A stretch of DNA of 64,000 nucleotides from NCBI GenBank assembly GCA_002269645.1, contig NIVC01000393.1, positions 496,001 to 560,000 on the forward strand, given 5' to 3'. Position 1 is the first letter of the stretch. The number at the start of each line of letters is the position of its first letter. Made by a program: the position numbers and the translations under genes. Below are positions 22,501 through 50,388 of this stretch, piece after piece. The notes beneath the pieces are model-generated. The model did no database searches. It was not told where the DNA came from and saw nothing but the letters and a program-made list of their open reading frames with translations. The stretch is from Macrostomum lignano (lineage: Eukaryota).

Positions 22501-25362
22501 GCTCTGCAAGACGATTGACGCGTTGCCATGGAAACAGGGCCCAAATGAATTTAGCGAAATCAATCTCACCTGCGTCAAATCGAACTGAAAGACGTCGCAA
22601 AAAAACTTGGTGGGCTCCACAATGAGCAGGTAGAATGCTCAGCCGTGAGCAATCTCCATCACGATAACAGCCAGCACTGGCAGTGAGGTGAAGATCGACT
22701 TCCAGGGCGTGTCGCAGCTCTGGGGGGGGGGTAATTTATTGCCCTAGTTTCAGATTATGACATCAACCAGGTAAAAAATTCTTGATTAAAACCTGTGCAT
22801 CCACGTCCGTATGGTCACCGATCGAGTCAACAATGTAATTTCGCTCAGCCTCCGAGATGCAGGGGTGCTCGGCCGGCTTCTCGGATACGTACAGAAACCA
22901 CAAGGCAAACCAGAGTATGCCAATGCCTCCTGGGATGGGGTGGGTCTGGTGTAACAGCATAGATACCCTGTCTAACAGCATAGACACCCTGTCTAACAGC
23001 ATAGATACCCTGTCTAACAGCATGGACACCCTGTCTAACAGCATAGACACCCTGTCTAACAGCATAGACACCCTCTCTAACAGCATAGACACCCTGTCTA
23101 ACAGCATGGACACCCTGTCTAACAGCATAGACACCCTGTCTAACAGCATAGACACCCTGTCTAACAGCATGGACACCCTGTCTAACAGCATAGACACCCT
23201 GTCTAACAGCATAGACACCCTGTCTAACAGCATGGACACCCTGTCTAACAGCATAGATACCCTGTCTAACAGCATAGACACTCTGTCTAACAGCATGGAC
23301 ACCCTGTCTAACAGCATGGACACCCTGTCTAACAGCATGGACACCCTGTCTAACAGCATGGATGCCTCACCATAGATATAGAACGGAGCAGGCCAGCCAA
23401 TGGAGTCGGTCAGCGCCCCGGACAGCAATAGGCTGAAAAGCACCCCAACGTTGGACCCGCAGAAGGCGATGTTGGCGAGCTGCGAGAGCTCATGCGGTGG
23501 CGCCCAATAGCGCCAAATTCCGAGACAGGCGGGATAGGTGCAGCCCTGCGGGGGAGGGGTGGTCAGACATCAGTCATACAATGGTCGCAACTTACTTAGA
23601 AAAAGATCATTTAAAATAGTCATGCAATGCTCGCAGTTGGTCCCATACTTTACTGCTAAAATGACCATTATAAACACCTGGTCCCAATCCTCACCTCGGC
23701 CAGACCCTGCAGAAACCGGATCAAAATGGTGAATCCGTAGCTCGCACTCATGGCCAGTGGGAGCAGCAGGTTGAGCGCAGAAGAGATCACCGTGGCCAGA
23801 CCGAAGGCTCGAGTTGCCGACAGCTTGTTGGCGATGATGCCACCTGGAAGCTGGGTGATCAGGTAGCCCCAGAAGTATGAGCTCTCCACCGCGCCCACCA
23901 CGGATGCCGGCCACGGCTCCGCGAGGTGCTGAAGGCGGTTGAGCAGAATGGGCTTTTCAGTGACTGCTGTCAGGGTTTCTGAGACCTTCCGTGGTGTACG
24001 GTGGTGCATGAAGACAAACACCCTTTGGAAACACCGGTGCATGAAGACAAACACCCTTTGGAAACACCGGTGCATGAAGACAAACACCCTTTGGAAACAC
24101 CGGTGCATGAAGACAAACACCCTCTGGAAACACCGGTGCATGGAGACACCCTCTAGAAACACCGGTGTATGAAGACACCCTCTAGAAACACCGGTGCATG
24201 AAGACACCCTCTAGAAACACCGGTGCATGAAGACACCCTCTAGAAACACCGGTGCATGAAGACACCCTCTAGAAACACCGGTGCATGAAGACACCCTCTA
24301 GAAACACCGGTGCATGAAGACACCCTCTGGAAACAACGGTGCATGAAGACACCCTCTGGAAACAACGGTGCATGAAGACACCCTCTAGAAACACCGGTGC
24401 ATGAAGACAAACACCCTTTGGAAACACCGGTGCATGAAGACAAACACCCTCTGGAAACACCGGTGCATGGAGACACCCTCTAGAAACACCGGTGCATGAA
24501 GACACCCTCTAGAAACACCGGTGTATGAAGACACCCTCTAGAAACACCGGTGCATGAAGACAGACACCCTCTAGAAACACCGGTGCATGAAGACACCCTC
24601 TAGAAACACCGGTGCATGAAGACAGACACCCTCTAGAAACACCGGTGCATGAAGACAAACACCCTTTGGAAACACCGGTGCATGAAGACAAACACCCTCT
24701 GGAAACACCGGTGCATGGAGACGCCCTCTAGAAACACCGGTGCATGAAGACACCCTCTAGAAACACCGGTGCATGAAGACAGACACCCTCTAGAAACACC
24801 GGTGCATGAAGACAAACACCCTTTGGAAACACCGGTGCATGAAGACAAACACCCTCTGGAAACACCGGTGCATGGAGACACCCTCTAGAAACACCGGTGC
24901 ATGAAGACACCCTCTAGAAACACCGGTGTATGAAGACGCCCTCTAGAAACACCGGTGCATGAAGACGCCATCCAGAAACACCGGTGCATGAAGACGCCAT
25001 CCAGAAACACCGGTGTATGAAGACGCCATCCAGAAAAACCGGTGCATGAAGACGCCATCCAGAAACACCGGTGCATGAAGACGCCATCCAGAAGACAGCA
25101 AAGCCATCGAACGCACCTCGGTAGTGTTGTCGGCCTCTCCGCGGGCACCTGAGGCATTGAACCTGCTCCTGAAGTAGCCGCAAGCCACTCCAATGCTGCA
25201 TCGAAAGCTGAACGTGATGGCCAGACCCAGCGAGCACAGCATCGCTAAAAGCATTCTCTGCTTAACACACGCTTTTCCGCACAAGTTCACTCCGCTTTTC
25301 TCAAGCAGCAACCCTTTCGGATTGTCGGCGACTTCATTTGTCGAACCGTCTGTTTCCTGCAT
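19548..25362 (-). CDS. SLC17 vesicular glutamate transporter-like MFS transporter (divergent); in-frame TGA in exon 5, possibly a pseudogene or null allele
   Basis: Exons (transcript order) 25362-25117, 23928-23695, 23545-23371, 22929-22793, 22719-22570, 22503-22374, 21364-21254, 21175-21048, 19655-19548, all phase-consistent. Motifs [81 protein letters not shown]. TGA at 22641-22639. Confidence 0.9.
19905..20940. repeat. CT-rich degenerate minisatellite, SLC17 intron 8
   Basis: Units like CTCTCCCCCATACTCTCCC. Confidence 0.95.
21395..22362. repeat. 15-16-bp minisatellite, SLC17 intron 6
   Basis: Unit GTGTGGGATTGATCGG / GTGTGGGGTTGATCG. Confidence 0.95.
22951..23363. repeat. 21-bp minisatellite filling SLC17 intron 3
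   Basis: Unit CCCTGTCTAACAGCATAGACA. Confidence 0.96.
24003..25092. repeat. 29-33-bp minisatellite, SLC17 intron 1
   Basis: Unit GAAACACCGGTGCATGAAGAC(AAAC)ACCCTCTA. Confidence 0.96.
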
Positions 25363-25635
25363 GGCGTGACCATAAAACCCTTCGAGAGGGTTGCGAGCCA
25401 CTTTTTATTGCCATTGATTTGAGCAGGAAGCTCTCCATATTTGGATTTAAGCCATTTGTTCTGCAGCAGTCCGCAAAAATATTTTTTTCAATTTAAAATA
25501 AACTTTTCCACCTTGGACAAGCACCTTTTTCCGAGGCAGGAAAGGCAGCCCGTTTGGAGCCGTGGAAATTCTATTTGCTTTGCTATTGTTTAACTAGAAC
25601 ACGGACTCTTGTGCTGCAAGCCTATTAACCACCTG

Positions 25636-26130
25636 TCTAAAATCCACATATCTAACACCCACATATCTAACACCCACATATCTAACACCCGCATATCTAA
25701 CACCCACATATTTAACACCCGCATATCTAACACCCACATATCCAACACCCACGCGTCTAACACCCACATATCTAACACCCACATATTTAACACCCACATA
25801 TTTAACACCCACATATCTAACACCCACATATTTAACACCCGCATATCTAACACCCACATATCCAACACCCACGCGTCTAACACCCACATATCTAACACCC
25901 ACATATTTAACACCCACATATCTAACACCCACATATTTAACACCCGCATATCTAACACCCACATATCTAACACCCACATATCTAACACCCACATATCTAA
26001 CACCCACATATCTAACACCCACATTTCTAACACCCACATATCTAACACCCACATTTCTAACACCCACATATCTAACACCCACATTTCTAACACCCACATA
26101 TCTCACACCCACATATCTAACACCCACATA
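25636..26130. repeat. 15-bp minisatellite upstream of the SLC17 gene
   Basis: Unit TCTAACACCCACATA. Confidence 0.96.
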
Positions 26131-26137
26131 TAGCAGC

Positions 26138-26254
26138 CATATTAGAAATCGAGAGGCGCCATATTAGAAATCGGTCGCGCCATATCAGAAATGGGGAGCT
26201 CCATATTAGAAATCGGTGGCGCCATATTAGAAATTGGGGGCGCCATATTAGAAA
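26138..26254. repeat. Six degenerate ~22-bp units with a CCATATTAGAAA core
   Basis: GCCATATTAGAAA core repeated six times with variable spacers. Confidence 0.8.
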
Positions 26255-26428
26255 CCGCAGATCATCAAGATCATTGACATTCAATAACTATTCGCTTTGA
26301 CAAAGACAAGTCAGAATCGTGTTTATATTTTGAGTTTATTTTCAGAATTTCGAATCGAACCAAGTTCCTCAAGTCAGAGCCATTGGGATCAAAACTTTGA
26401 TTCGGGATCTCGGGACCCGTGAGCACGG

Positions 26429-29400
26429 TCACTCCAGCTCGAAGTCCCGAAGAAGGACGCTCTGGAACTCGATGGGGCCCTGCTTCATCACCCGCCTGTA
26501 CGGCAGCGCCAACCGCAGCTCCTGCACCGAGGGCTGCTCCGCCACGGTGATCCCCTTGGCGGCCTGCTGGATGGCGCTCAGCGCGAGCTGCAGCTCCGGG
26601 ACAACCAGCTGGGAGACATCGAACTCCCCGGTGAGGCAGCTGAACAGGTGTTCCTGCTCTGCGGTCAGGCTGCCGCACAGCGCCATCAGGATGAGCACCA
26701 GCAACATCAGCGCCTTCCAGGTCCACTCCTGCGGGAGAGGCGTGCGCTGGGATCTGGGATCTGCGATCTGGGATCTGCGATCTGGGATCTGCGATCTGGG
26801 ATCTGCGATCTGGGATCTGCGATCTGCGATCTGCGATCTGCGATCTGCGATCTGGGATCTGCGATCTGGGATCTGCGATCTGGGATCTGCGATCTGGGAT
26901 CTGCGATCTGGGATCTGCGATCTGGGATCTGCGATCTGGGATCTGCGATCTGGGATCTGCGATCTGGGATCTGCGATCTGGGATCTGCGATCTGGGATCT
27001 GCGATCTGGGATCTGCGATCTGGGATCTGCGATCTGGGATCTGCGATCTGGGATCTGCGATCTGGGATCTGCGATCTGGGATCTGCGATCTGGGATCTGC
27101 GATCTGGGATCTGCGATCTGGGATCTGCGATCTGGGATCTGCGATCTGGGATCTGCGATCTGGGATCTGCGATCTGGGATCTGCGATCTGGGATCTGCGA
27201 TCTGGGATCTGCGATCTGGGATCTGCGATCTGGGATCTGCGATCTGGGATCTGCGATCTGGGATCTGCGATCTGGGATCTGCGATCTGGGATCTGCGATC
27301 TGGGATCTGCGATCTGGGATCTGCGATCTGGGATCTGCGATCTGGGATCTGCGATCTGGGATCTGCGATCTGGGATCTGCGATCTGGGATCTGCGATCTG
27401 GGATCTGCGATCTGGGATCTGCGATCTGGGATCTGCGATCTGGGATCTGCGATCTGGGATCTGCGATCTGGGATCTGCGATCTGGGATCTGCGATCTGGG
27501 ATCTGCGATCTGGGATCTGCGATCTGGGATCTGCGATCTGGGATCTGCGATCTGGGATCTGCGATCTGGGATCTGCGATCTGGGATCTGCGATCTGGGAT
27601 CTGCGATCTGGGATCTGCGATCTGGGATCTGCGATCTGGGATCTGCGATCTGGGATCTGCGATCTGGGATCTGCGATCTGGGATCTGCGATCTGGGATCT
27701 GCGATCTGGGATCTGCGATCTGGGATCTGCGATCTGGGATCTGCGATCTGGGATCTGCGATCTGGGATCTGCGATCTGGGATCTGCGATCTGGGATCTGC
27801 GATCTGGGATCTGCGATCTGGGATCTGCGATCTGGGATCTGCGATCTGGGATCTGCGATCTGGGATCTGCGATCTGGGATCTGCGATCTGGGATCTGCGA
27901 TCTGGGATCTGCGATCTGGGATCTGCGATCTGGGATCTGCGATCTGGGATCTGCGATCTGGGATCTGCGATCTGGGATCTGCGATCTGGGATCTGCGATC
28001 TGGGATCTGCGATCTGGGATCTGCGATCTGGGATCTGCGATCTGGGATCTGCGATCTGGGATCTGCGATCTGGGATCTGCGATCTGGGATCTGCGATCTG
28101 GGATCTGCGATCTGGGATCTGCGATCTGGGATCTGCGATCTGGGATCTGCGATCTGGGATCTGCGATCTGGGATCTGCGATCTGGGATCTGCGATCTGGG
28201 ATCTGCGATCTGGGATCTGCGATCTGGGATCTGCGATCTGGGATCTGCGATCTGGGATCTGGATCTGGGATCTGGGATCTGGGATCTGGGATCTGCGATC
28301 TGGGATCTGCGATCTGGGATCTGCGATCTGGGATCAGACTCTCACCTTAGTCGAGTGGCAGCTCCGCAGCAGGTTGTGTCCCACGGGGCGAATGAGGTGC
28401 AGGGCCTGCCGGATGTTCCCCGCAGTTCCCGGCTTCTCTCCTGGAGGCGGCAGCCCGATGTCCCGCACGGAGGCCAGCAGGGGGTCCAGAAAATCGTCGA
28501 TCAGCCGGTTGTGGTTTCCAAGAAACATGCAGGCCGCCAGCTGGTTGGGAGCGACGTCCAGCAACCGGACCTTCTTCAGCGGCTCGGCTGTGATGATCTG
28601 CAGGATTTCGAGGCGTTCTGGGATGCTTGAGAATGCCTTGACAGCATTGAAATCCACCTGTGTCCCCACCTGTCACAGACAGTGTCCCCACCTGTGTCCC
28701 CCCACCTGTGTCCCCACCTGTCACAGACAGTGTCCCCACCTGTGTCCCCACCTGTCACAGACAGTGTCCCCACCTGTGTCCCCACCTGTCACAGACAGGT
28801 ACCCACCTGTCACAGACAGTGTCCCCAGCTGTCACAGACAGTGTCCCCAGCTGTCACAGACAGTGTCCCTACCTGTCACAGACAGTGTCCCCAGCTGTCA
28901 CAGACAGTGTCCCCACCTGTCACAGGCAGTGTCCCCACCTGTCACAGGCACACCTGTCGCAGCCTGTCAAGACAGCCCTCACCTCGAAGATGTTCCCAGC
29001 CTCATTTCTCCCAACCGCGGCCGGCAGGCAGTGGTCGATGAGGCAGTTCACAATGTCCAGCAGCACCTCGCCACTGGCCAGGGTGCTCATCCAGTTCCCG
29101 AAGCCCGGGCTGAGCATCTTCGGGCTCAGAGTTGAGATCTCAAAGTCGTACAGCTCACCTTTGGGAGGAGGGATATATGAAGGTCATAGAGTCGATCCAC
29201 ACTCTCCACACTCAGCCCTCACTATCCAGTCCACACTCAGCCCTCACTATCCAGTCCTCACACAGCCCTCACTATCCAGTCCACACACAGCCCTCACTAT
29301 CCAGTCCACAATCACCCCTCACTATCCAGTCCACACTCAGCCCTCACTATCCAGTCCACACACAGCCCTCACTATCCAGTCCACAATCAGCCCTCACTAT

Positions 29401-29755
29401 CCAGTCCTCACTCAGCCCTCACTATCCAGTCCTCACTCAGCCCTCACTATCCAGTCCACACTCAGCCCTCACTATCCAGTCCTCACTCAGCCCTCACTAC
29501 TCATGTCAGCGGCTCACAAGCCAGGGTTCCACGGCAGGACTCACCCAGCGGATCGAAGATCACCTTGCCGTAGAGTCTGGATTCATCATCCAGCAGCTTC
29601 ATCTGGGCAGCTGTGGTCTGCAGCCAGTTGCACACAACTCCCTCAGCCTGCTGAGGTGCCAACACGGTGGTCTCAGGGAACACATTCCAGTCTGCCAGGG
29701 TGAGTCTGAGAGGCTTGAGCTGGCCTCGGGTTCTACTCTCCTCTGATTGACTCTC

Positions 29756-29793
<38 letters not shown>

Positions 29794-29887
29794 CGGGATT
29801 TTTGCCCTGCAGCTCAAATGTCCCTGTCTGAACAGTGAACTGCCTGCCACAGGGGCGGCAGGTGCGGGTCACAACGGCCTGCTGCAT
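26429..29887 (-). CDS. Uncharacterised protein, ~376 aa, 4 coding exons (possible additional 5' exon)
   Basis: Exons 29887-29545, 29158-28983, 28657-28346, 26728-26429; GT-AG and phase-consistent (1,0,0). N-terminal CxxC (TCRPCG) and polyQ; globular-looking helical body; hydrophobic WKALMLLVLILMALCG. No family recognised. Confidence 0.8.
26749..28334. repeat. Near-perfect 14-bp (2 x 7-bp) satellite filling an intron
   Basis: (GATCTGGGATCTGC)n, about 113 copies. Confidence 0.99.
28655..28945. repeat. ~22-bp minisatellite abutting a splice acceptor
   Basis: CCCCACCTGTCACAGACAGTGT and CCCACCTGTGTC units. Confidence 0.9.
29200..29500. repeat. 25-bp intronic minisatellite
   Basis: Unit CAGCCCTCACTATCCAGTCCACACT. 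Confidence 0.93.
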
Positions 29888-30077
29888 GGGAAGCTGCGGT
29901 GGCCTTAAAATGCTGCTTTTGATTGGCTTTTGTCTGCTTTTGCATATGCATGAAGGAGATTGAGATCGGGGCTGCTTGAATGAAGTTGAGCTTTTTATGC
30001 TGCTCTGTCTGTGCGAACTCGGGTTTAGTTTATGGCTGAGGGTCTCTGATGGCCGCTGCTTGCAGTGGGATGGAGTG

Positions 30078-30568
30078 GGACAGATGGGACAGATGGGACA
30101 GATGGGGAAGATGGGGTAGATGGGGTAGATGGGGTAGATAGGGTAGACGGGGTAGATGGGGTAGACGGGGTAGATGGGGTAGATGGGGTAGATGGGGCAG
30201 ATGGGGTAGATGGGGTAGATAGGGTAGACGGGGTAGATGGGGTAGATGGGGTAGATGGGGTAGATGGGGTAGATGGGGTAGATGGGGTAGATGGGGTAGA
30301 CGGGGTAGATGGGGTAGATGGGGTAGATGGGGTAGATGGGGTAGATGGGGTAGATGGGGCAGATGGGGTAGATGGGGTAGATGGGGTAGATGGGATAGAT
30401 GGGATAGATGGGGTAGATGGGGTAGATGGGGTAGATGGGGTAGATGGGGTAGATGGGGTAGATGGGGTAGATGGGGCAGATGGGGTAGATGGGGTAGATG
30501 GGGTAGATGGGGCAGATGGGATAGATGGGATAGATGGGGTAGATGGGATAGATGGGGTAGATGGGACA
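30078..30568. repeat. 9-bp G-rich tandem repeat
   Basis: (GATGGGGTA)n, about 54 copies. Confidence 0.97.
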
Positions 30569-31431
30569 GACGTTAATTATGTGAATTTAAAAGTGAGAGG
30601 TGAATGTGAAGTGGGGCAAAAAGCACAAAGACAGTAACACCAGCTAAAACTTGTTGTTTTTTTGTTTTTTGTGGTTGAACTTTAGCAATTTATCAAGTCG
30701 CGGTTAAGATGCTCCACACAGCAAATTAAATATTATATCAATGGGTAATGCTTTGAGTAATCATAATTTGTTTTTAAAGTTATCTAAAGGCTTTTAGGAA
30801 AATAAAAAACTTTACTCCTAAACATAAAGCTAAAATGGCTTGTTAAAATGATTTCAAACCTGTGGTTGAGGTTCGAAGATATTTCAGATTGCAGAATCTA
30901 CTATTAGTAGTGTTGAATATAGGGACAACAGAAAACGATGAGAAATTTGCCAGCTACCAGTAACTGTGCCAGCATGGCATCGATAAACCGATTTTTTCAG
31001 GTTAAATTCATGGCAAGCAGCGGTATAACAAATGAACAACGTTAGGAGTACAGAGAGGACAGAGGGGTTCGCAGATGACTCTAAACAAAGGAAATGAAAA
31101 AAATCATCAGAAATACTGACTTTCGTTAAATTGTGGTTGCTTGTATTTGTGGGTCTCGAGAGGGAGACGGCTATTGATGCCTAAATTGCTATTGCGAGTT
31201 CATTTTTTCAGAATATTTTTCAACCTGTTTGGGTTAAATTACTCGTAATTCTCAAGTAGTATAAGTAGCGTTTAACGTTCTTTAATGCTTTTCAATGTTT
31301 AAATCGATAATCGATATGTATCGAAAAAACAGTTTGAATAAAAACTTGAAAAACTTTTACACTACTGCTTGAGAATTTTAGTAGTCTAATGCGACTTTCA
31401 TATTCTATTTCTTGATGGCGGTTTAATTTTT

Positions 31432-47603
<16,172 letters not shown>

Positions 47604-48111
47604 GCTGTGAAATTTGTCTGGGGTTGCTCTAAGAGAAAGAATTCGCTACAAGTGGAGCGGCAAAGGTTGCGGAGACTCTGCTGTTCAAACAAATCCTAGT
47701 GATTGGGATATTCGGGATCCGTGTTGCAGAGCTGGGACTGAAAGCAGAGAGCCAAGAAGCAGCGGCTCCCTGCCATATCACCCCCTGCTCACGCCCTCCC
47801 CCCACCCTCCGCGCCTCAGCCACACTCTGCAGTGCATTGGGGAGCGCCGCCCTGATCCAATCAGGTGTGGCAGAAAGTTGCTGCTAGCGGATCAGAGCGG
47901 GGTGCGCAGTTCATTATTTGGTCAGGAATGCACAGCTGACCCCAGGCGAGCTCAAAATGCGTTTCATCTTCATCATTTCAATGCCTTCATCTGGGGTTGC
48001 TGGGAATTTGTATTGACTCTGGTGATTGCAGTGAATATTAGATAATTGAATATTCCGACTAACGGAATGTACGCTCGTAGATGTATATCGTGTAGGCTGG
48101 CTTTGCTGTAC

Positions 48112-48858
48112 GAGTCTGTACGAGAGACTGTAATGATGCTGTATTAGTGTGTACGAGAGACTGTAATGATGCTGTATTAGTCTGTTCGAGAGTCTGTAAT
48201 GATGCTGTATTAGTCTGTACGATAGGCTGTAATGATGCTATATTAGTCTGTACGAGAGTCTGTAATGATGCTGTATTAGTCTGTACAAGAGTCTGTAATG
48301 ATGCTGTATTAGTGTGTACGAGAGACTGTAATGATGCTGTATTAGTCTGTACGAGAGACTGTAATGATGCTGTATTAGTCTGTTCGAGAGTCTGTAATGA
48401 TGCTGTATTAGTCTGTACGAGAGTCTGTAATGATGCTATATTAGTCTGTACGAGAGTCTGTAATGATGCTATATTAGTCTGCACGAGAGTCTGTAATGAT
48501 GCTGTATTAGTCTGTACAAGAGTCTGTAATGATGCTGTATTAGTCTGTACGAGAGACTGTAATGATGCTGTATTAGTCTGTTCGAGAGTCTGTAATGATG
48601 CTGTATTAGTCTGTACGATAGGCTGTAATGATGCTATATTAGTCTGTACAAGAGTCTGTAATGATGCTGTATTAGTCTGTACAAGAGGCTGTAATGATGC
48701 TATATTAGTCTGTACAAGAGTCTGTAATGATGCTGTATTAGTCTGTACAAGAGTCTGTAATGATGCTATATTAGTCTGTACAAGAGTCTGTAATGATGCT
48801 GTATTAGTCTGTACAAGAGTCTGTAATGATGCTGTATTCGTCTGTACGAGAGTCTGTT
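48112..48858. repeat. 33-bp minisatellite upstream of calbindin
   Basis: Unit GAGTCTGTAATGATGCTGTATTAGTCTGTACGA. Confidence 0.96.
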
Positions 48859-49417
48859 TGAGTTTATATGAGACTGTGTGGGTCTGTATGAATGTAAGCT
48901 AGAGTCTGTGCGAGTCTGTGTGAGCCTTGTGAGCTGTAATAGAGTATTTGAGAGTCTCCAATACGAAAGACATGCACTTAATCATGATGAACAACATTAA
49001 ATATTGAATTATGATTTCTTAGGACCCATTAAAGTACCGTGCCAATTACAAACAAGTAGCGCCTACCTGACGAAAATTGTGAAATTGAAGATGTTCGTCT
49101 GAAAGAAGATTTAAGCAAAAATGGGCAGAAAAATAGGAGAGCACATTTGTTGAGAGCATTGCGGCTTTCGCGGCTCTTTCCACGAGGCGAACAAACAAAT
49201 CACTGACTATAATGAATAGCTGAGTTCTTGAGAGCGCGCGGACTTCAATAATACAGACTTAATCCTTTTTGTTTCAAGCGTTTATTCTCGAATGTCTGGA
49301 GTGAAAAAATAACAAACCTGTAAAAACAGTCTCAGTTATACTACTAGAGAAATGTGCAGTAGTAGTATAGTTCGAATAAAAGTGCCTAATATTGTTGAAA
49401 GAAAGTATCGATAAAGT

Positions 49418-50388
49418 CTAAGTGATTTTGTAGACATTGTTGTGCATCGGGCCGCCGCACGTGATCTCTGGCTGACCGTTGCACGGCAGTGAGCAATCGG
49501 AGTTCGGCAGCTTCTCACCGTGATTGCCGTGGCTCTGGCCGCACCAGCAGGCGTTGCCGCCCTGCAGGCCAAGAAATTTGGTGTCCCAGGCTACGCAGGT
49601 TTTCAAACAGGCTGCCAGAGTCATCTCGGTGCTGCGCTTTCCCATGATCGGCAGGTCACGGGCGTGGGGCCGGTCCGGATAGCAACCGACCAGCTCGGTG
49701 TTGTGGGTCTTGACCTTTTTGAAGAACTTCTTGATTCCTGTAAGAGGGAGTTTATACACCTTTTAACGGTCTTTTGAGGGTGCTTGACTGGGGTTGGCGG
49801 AGTGGGGTGGGGTGCCGGAGTTTATGAGGGTGTTTGACTGGGGTTGGCGGAGTGGGGTGGGGGTGCCGGAGTTTATGAGGGTGTCTGACTGGGATTGGCG
49901 GATGGGGTGGGGGTGCCGGAGTTTATGAGGGTGTCTAACTGGGATTGGCAGAGTGGGGTGGGGTGTATGAGCTAGGGTGTCTAACTGGGATTGGCAGAGT
50001 GGGGTGGGGTGTATGAGCTAGGGTGTTTTACTGAGATTGGCAGAGTGGGGTGGGTGTATGAGCTAGGGTGTTTTACTTGGATTGGCGGAGTGGGGTGGGT
50101 GTATGAGCTAGAGTGTTTTACTACTGAGATTGGCGGAGTGGGTTGGGTGCCGGATTTTTTAGGGTGTTTGTTTGATGTTTGGCGGAAGGGAGCCACAGTT
50201 CTTGAGTCATTGATCCTTTTTCAAACTCACGAGCTAAATGTACATGTATAGCTACTTAATAATCACAACGTAGCTTCGTAAAACTTACTTTTAGGGCAGC
50301 AATCGACGTTAGTGATTAGCTGGCAGAACACTGCACAGAGCAAGCAAATCTTGGCGAATGTTTTCAATGAACCTAATTGCGATCGCAT
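49418..50388 (-). CDS. Small secreted single-WSC-domain protein, ~139 aa
   Basis: Exon 1 50388-50289 (MRSQLGSLKTFAKICLLCAVFCQLITNVDCCPK, signal-peptide-like, phase 1) and exon 2 49737-49418 with the 8-Cys WSC pattern: VGCY, CLKTC, LGLQGGNACWCG, DCSLPCNG, TCGG...NNVY. Confidence 0.88.
49775..50150. repeat. ~45-bp G-rich minisatellite in the WSC gene intron
   Basis: GACTGGGATTGGCGGAGTGGGGTGGGG...TATGAG units. Confidence 0.88.

Noticed and set aside
22639-22641. Selenocysteine codon
   Set aside because: The homologous residue is Trp, not Cys, and no SECIS was recognised.
26397-29135. 912-aa and 660-aa plus-strand ORFs
   Set aside because: Produced by the 14-bp GATC array; the real gene is on the minus strand.
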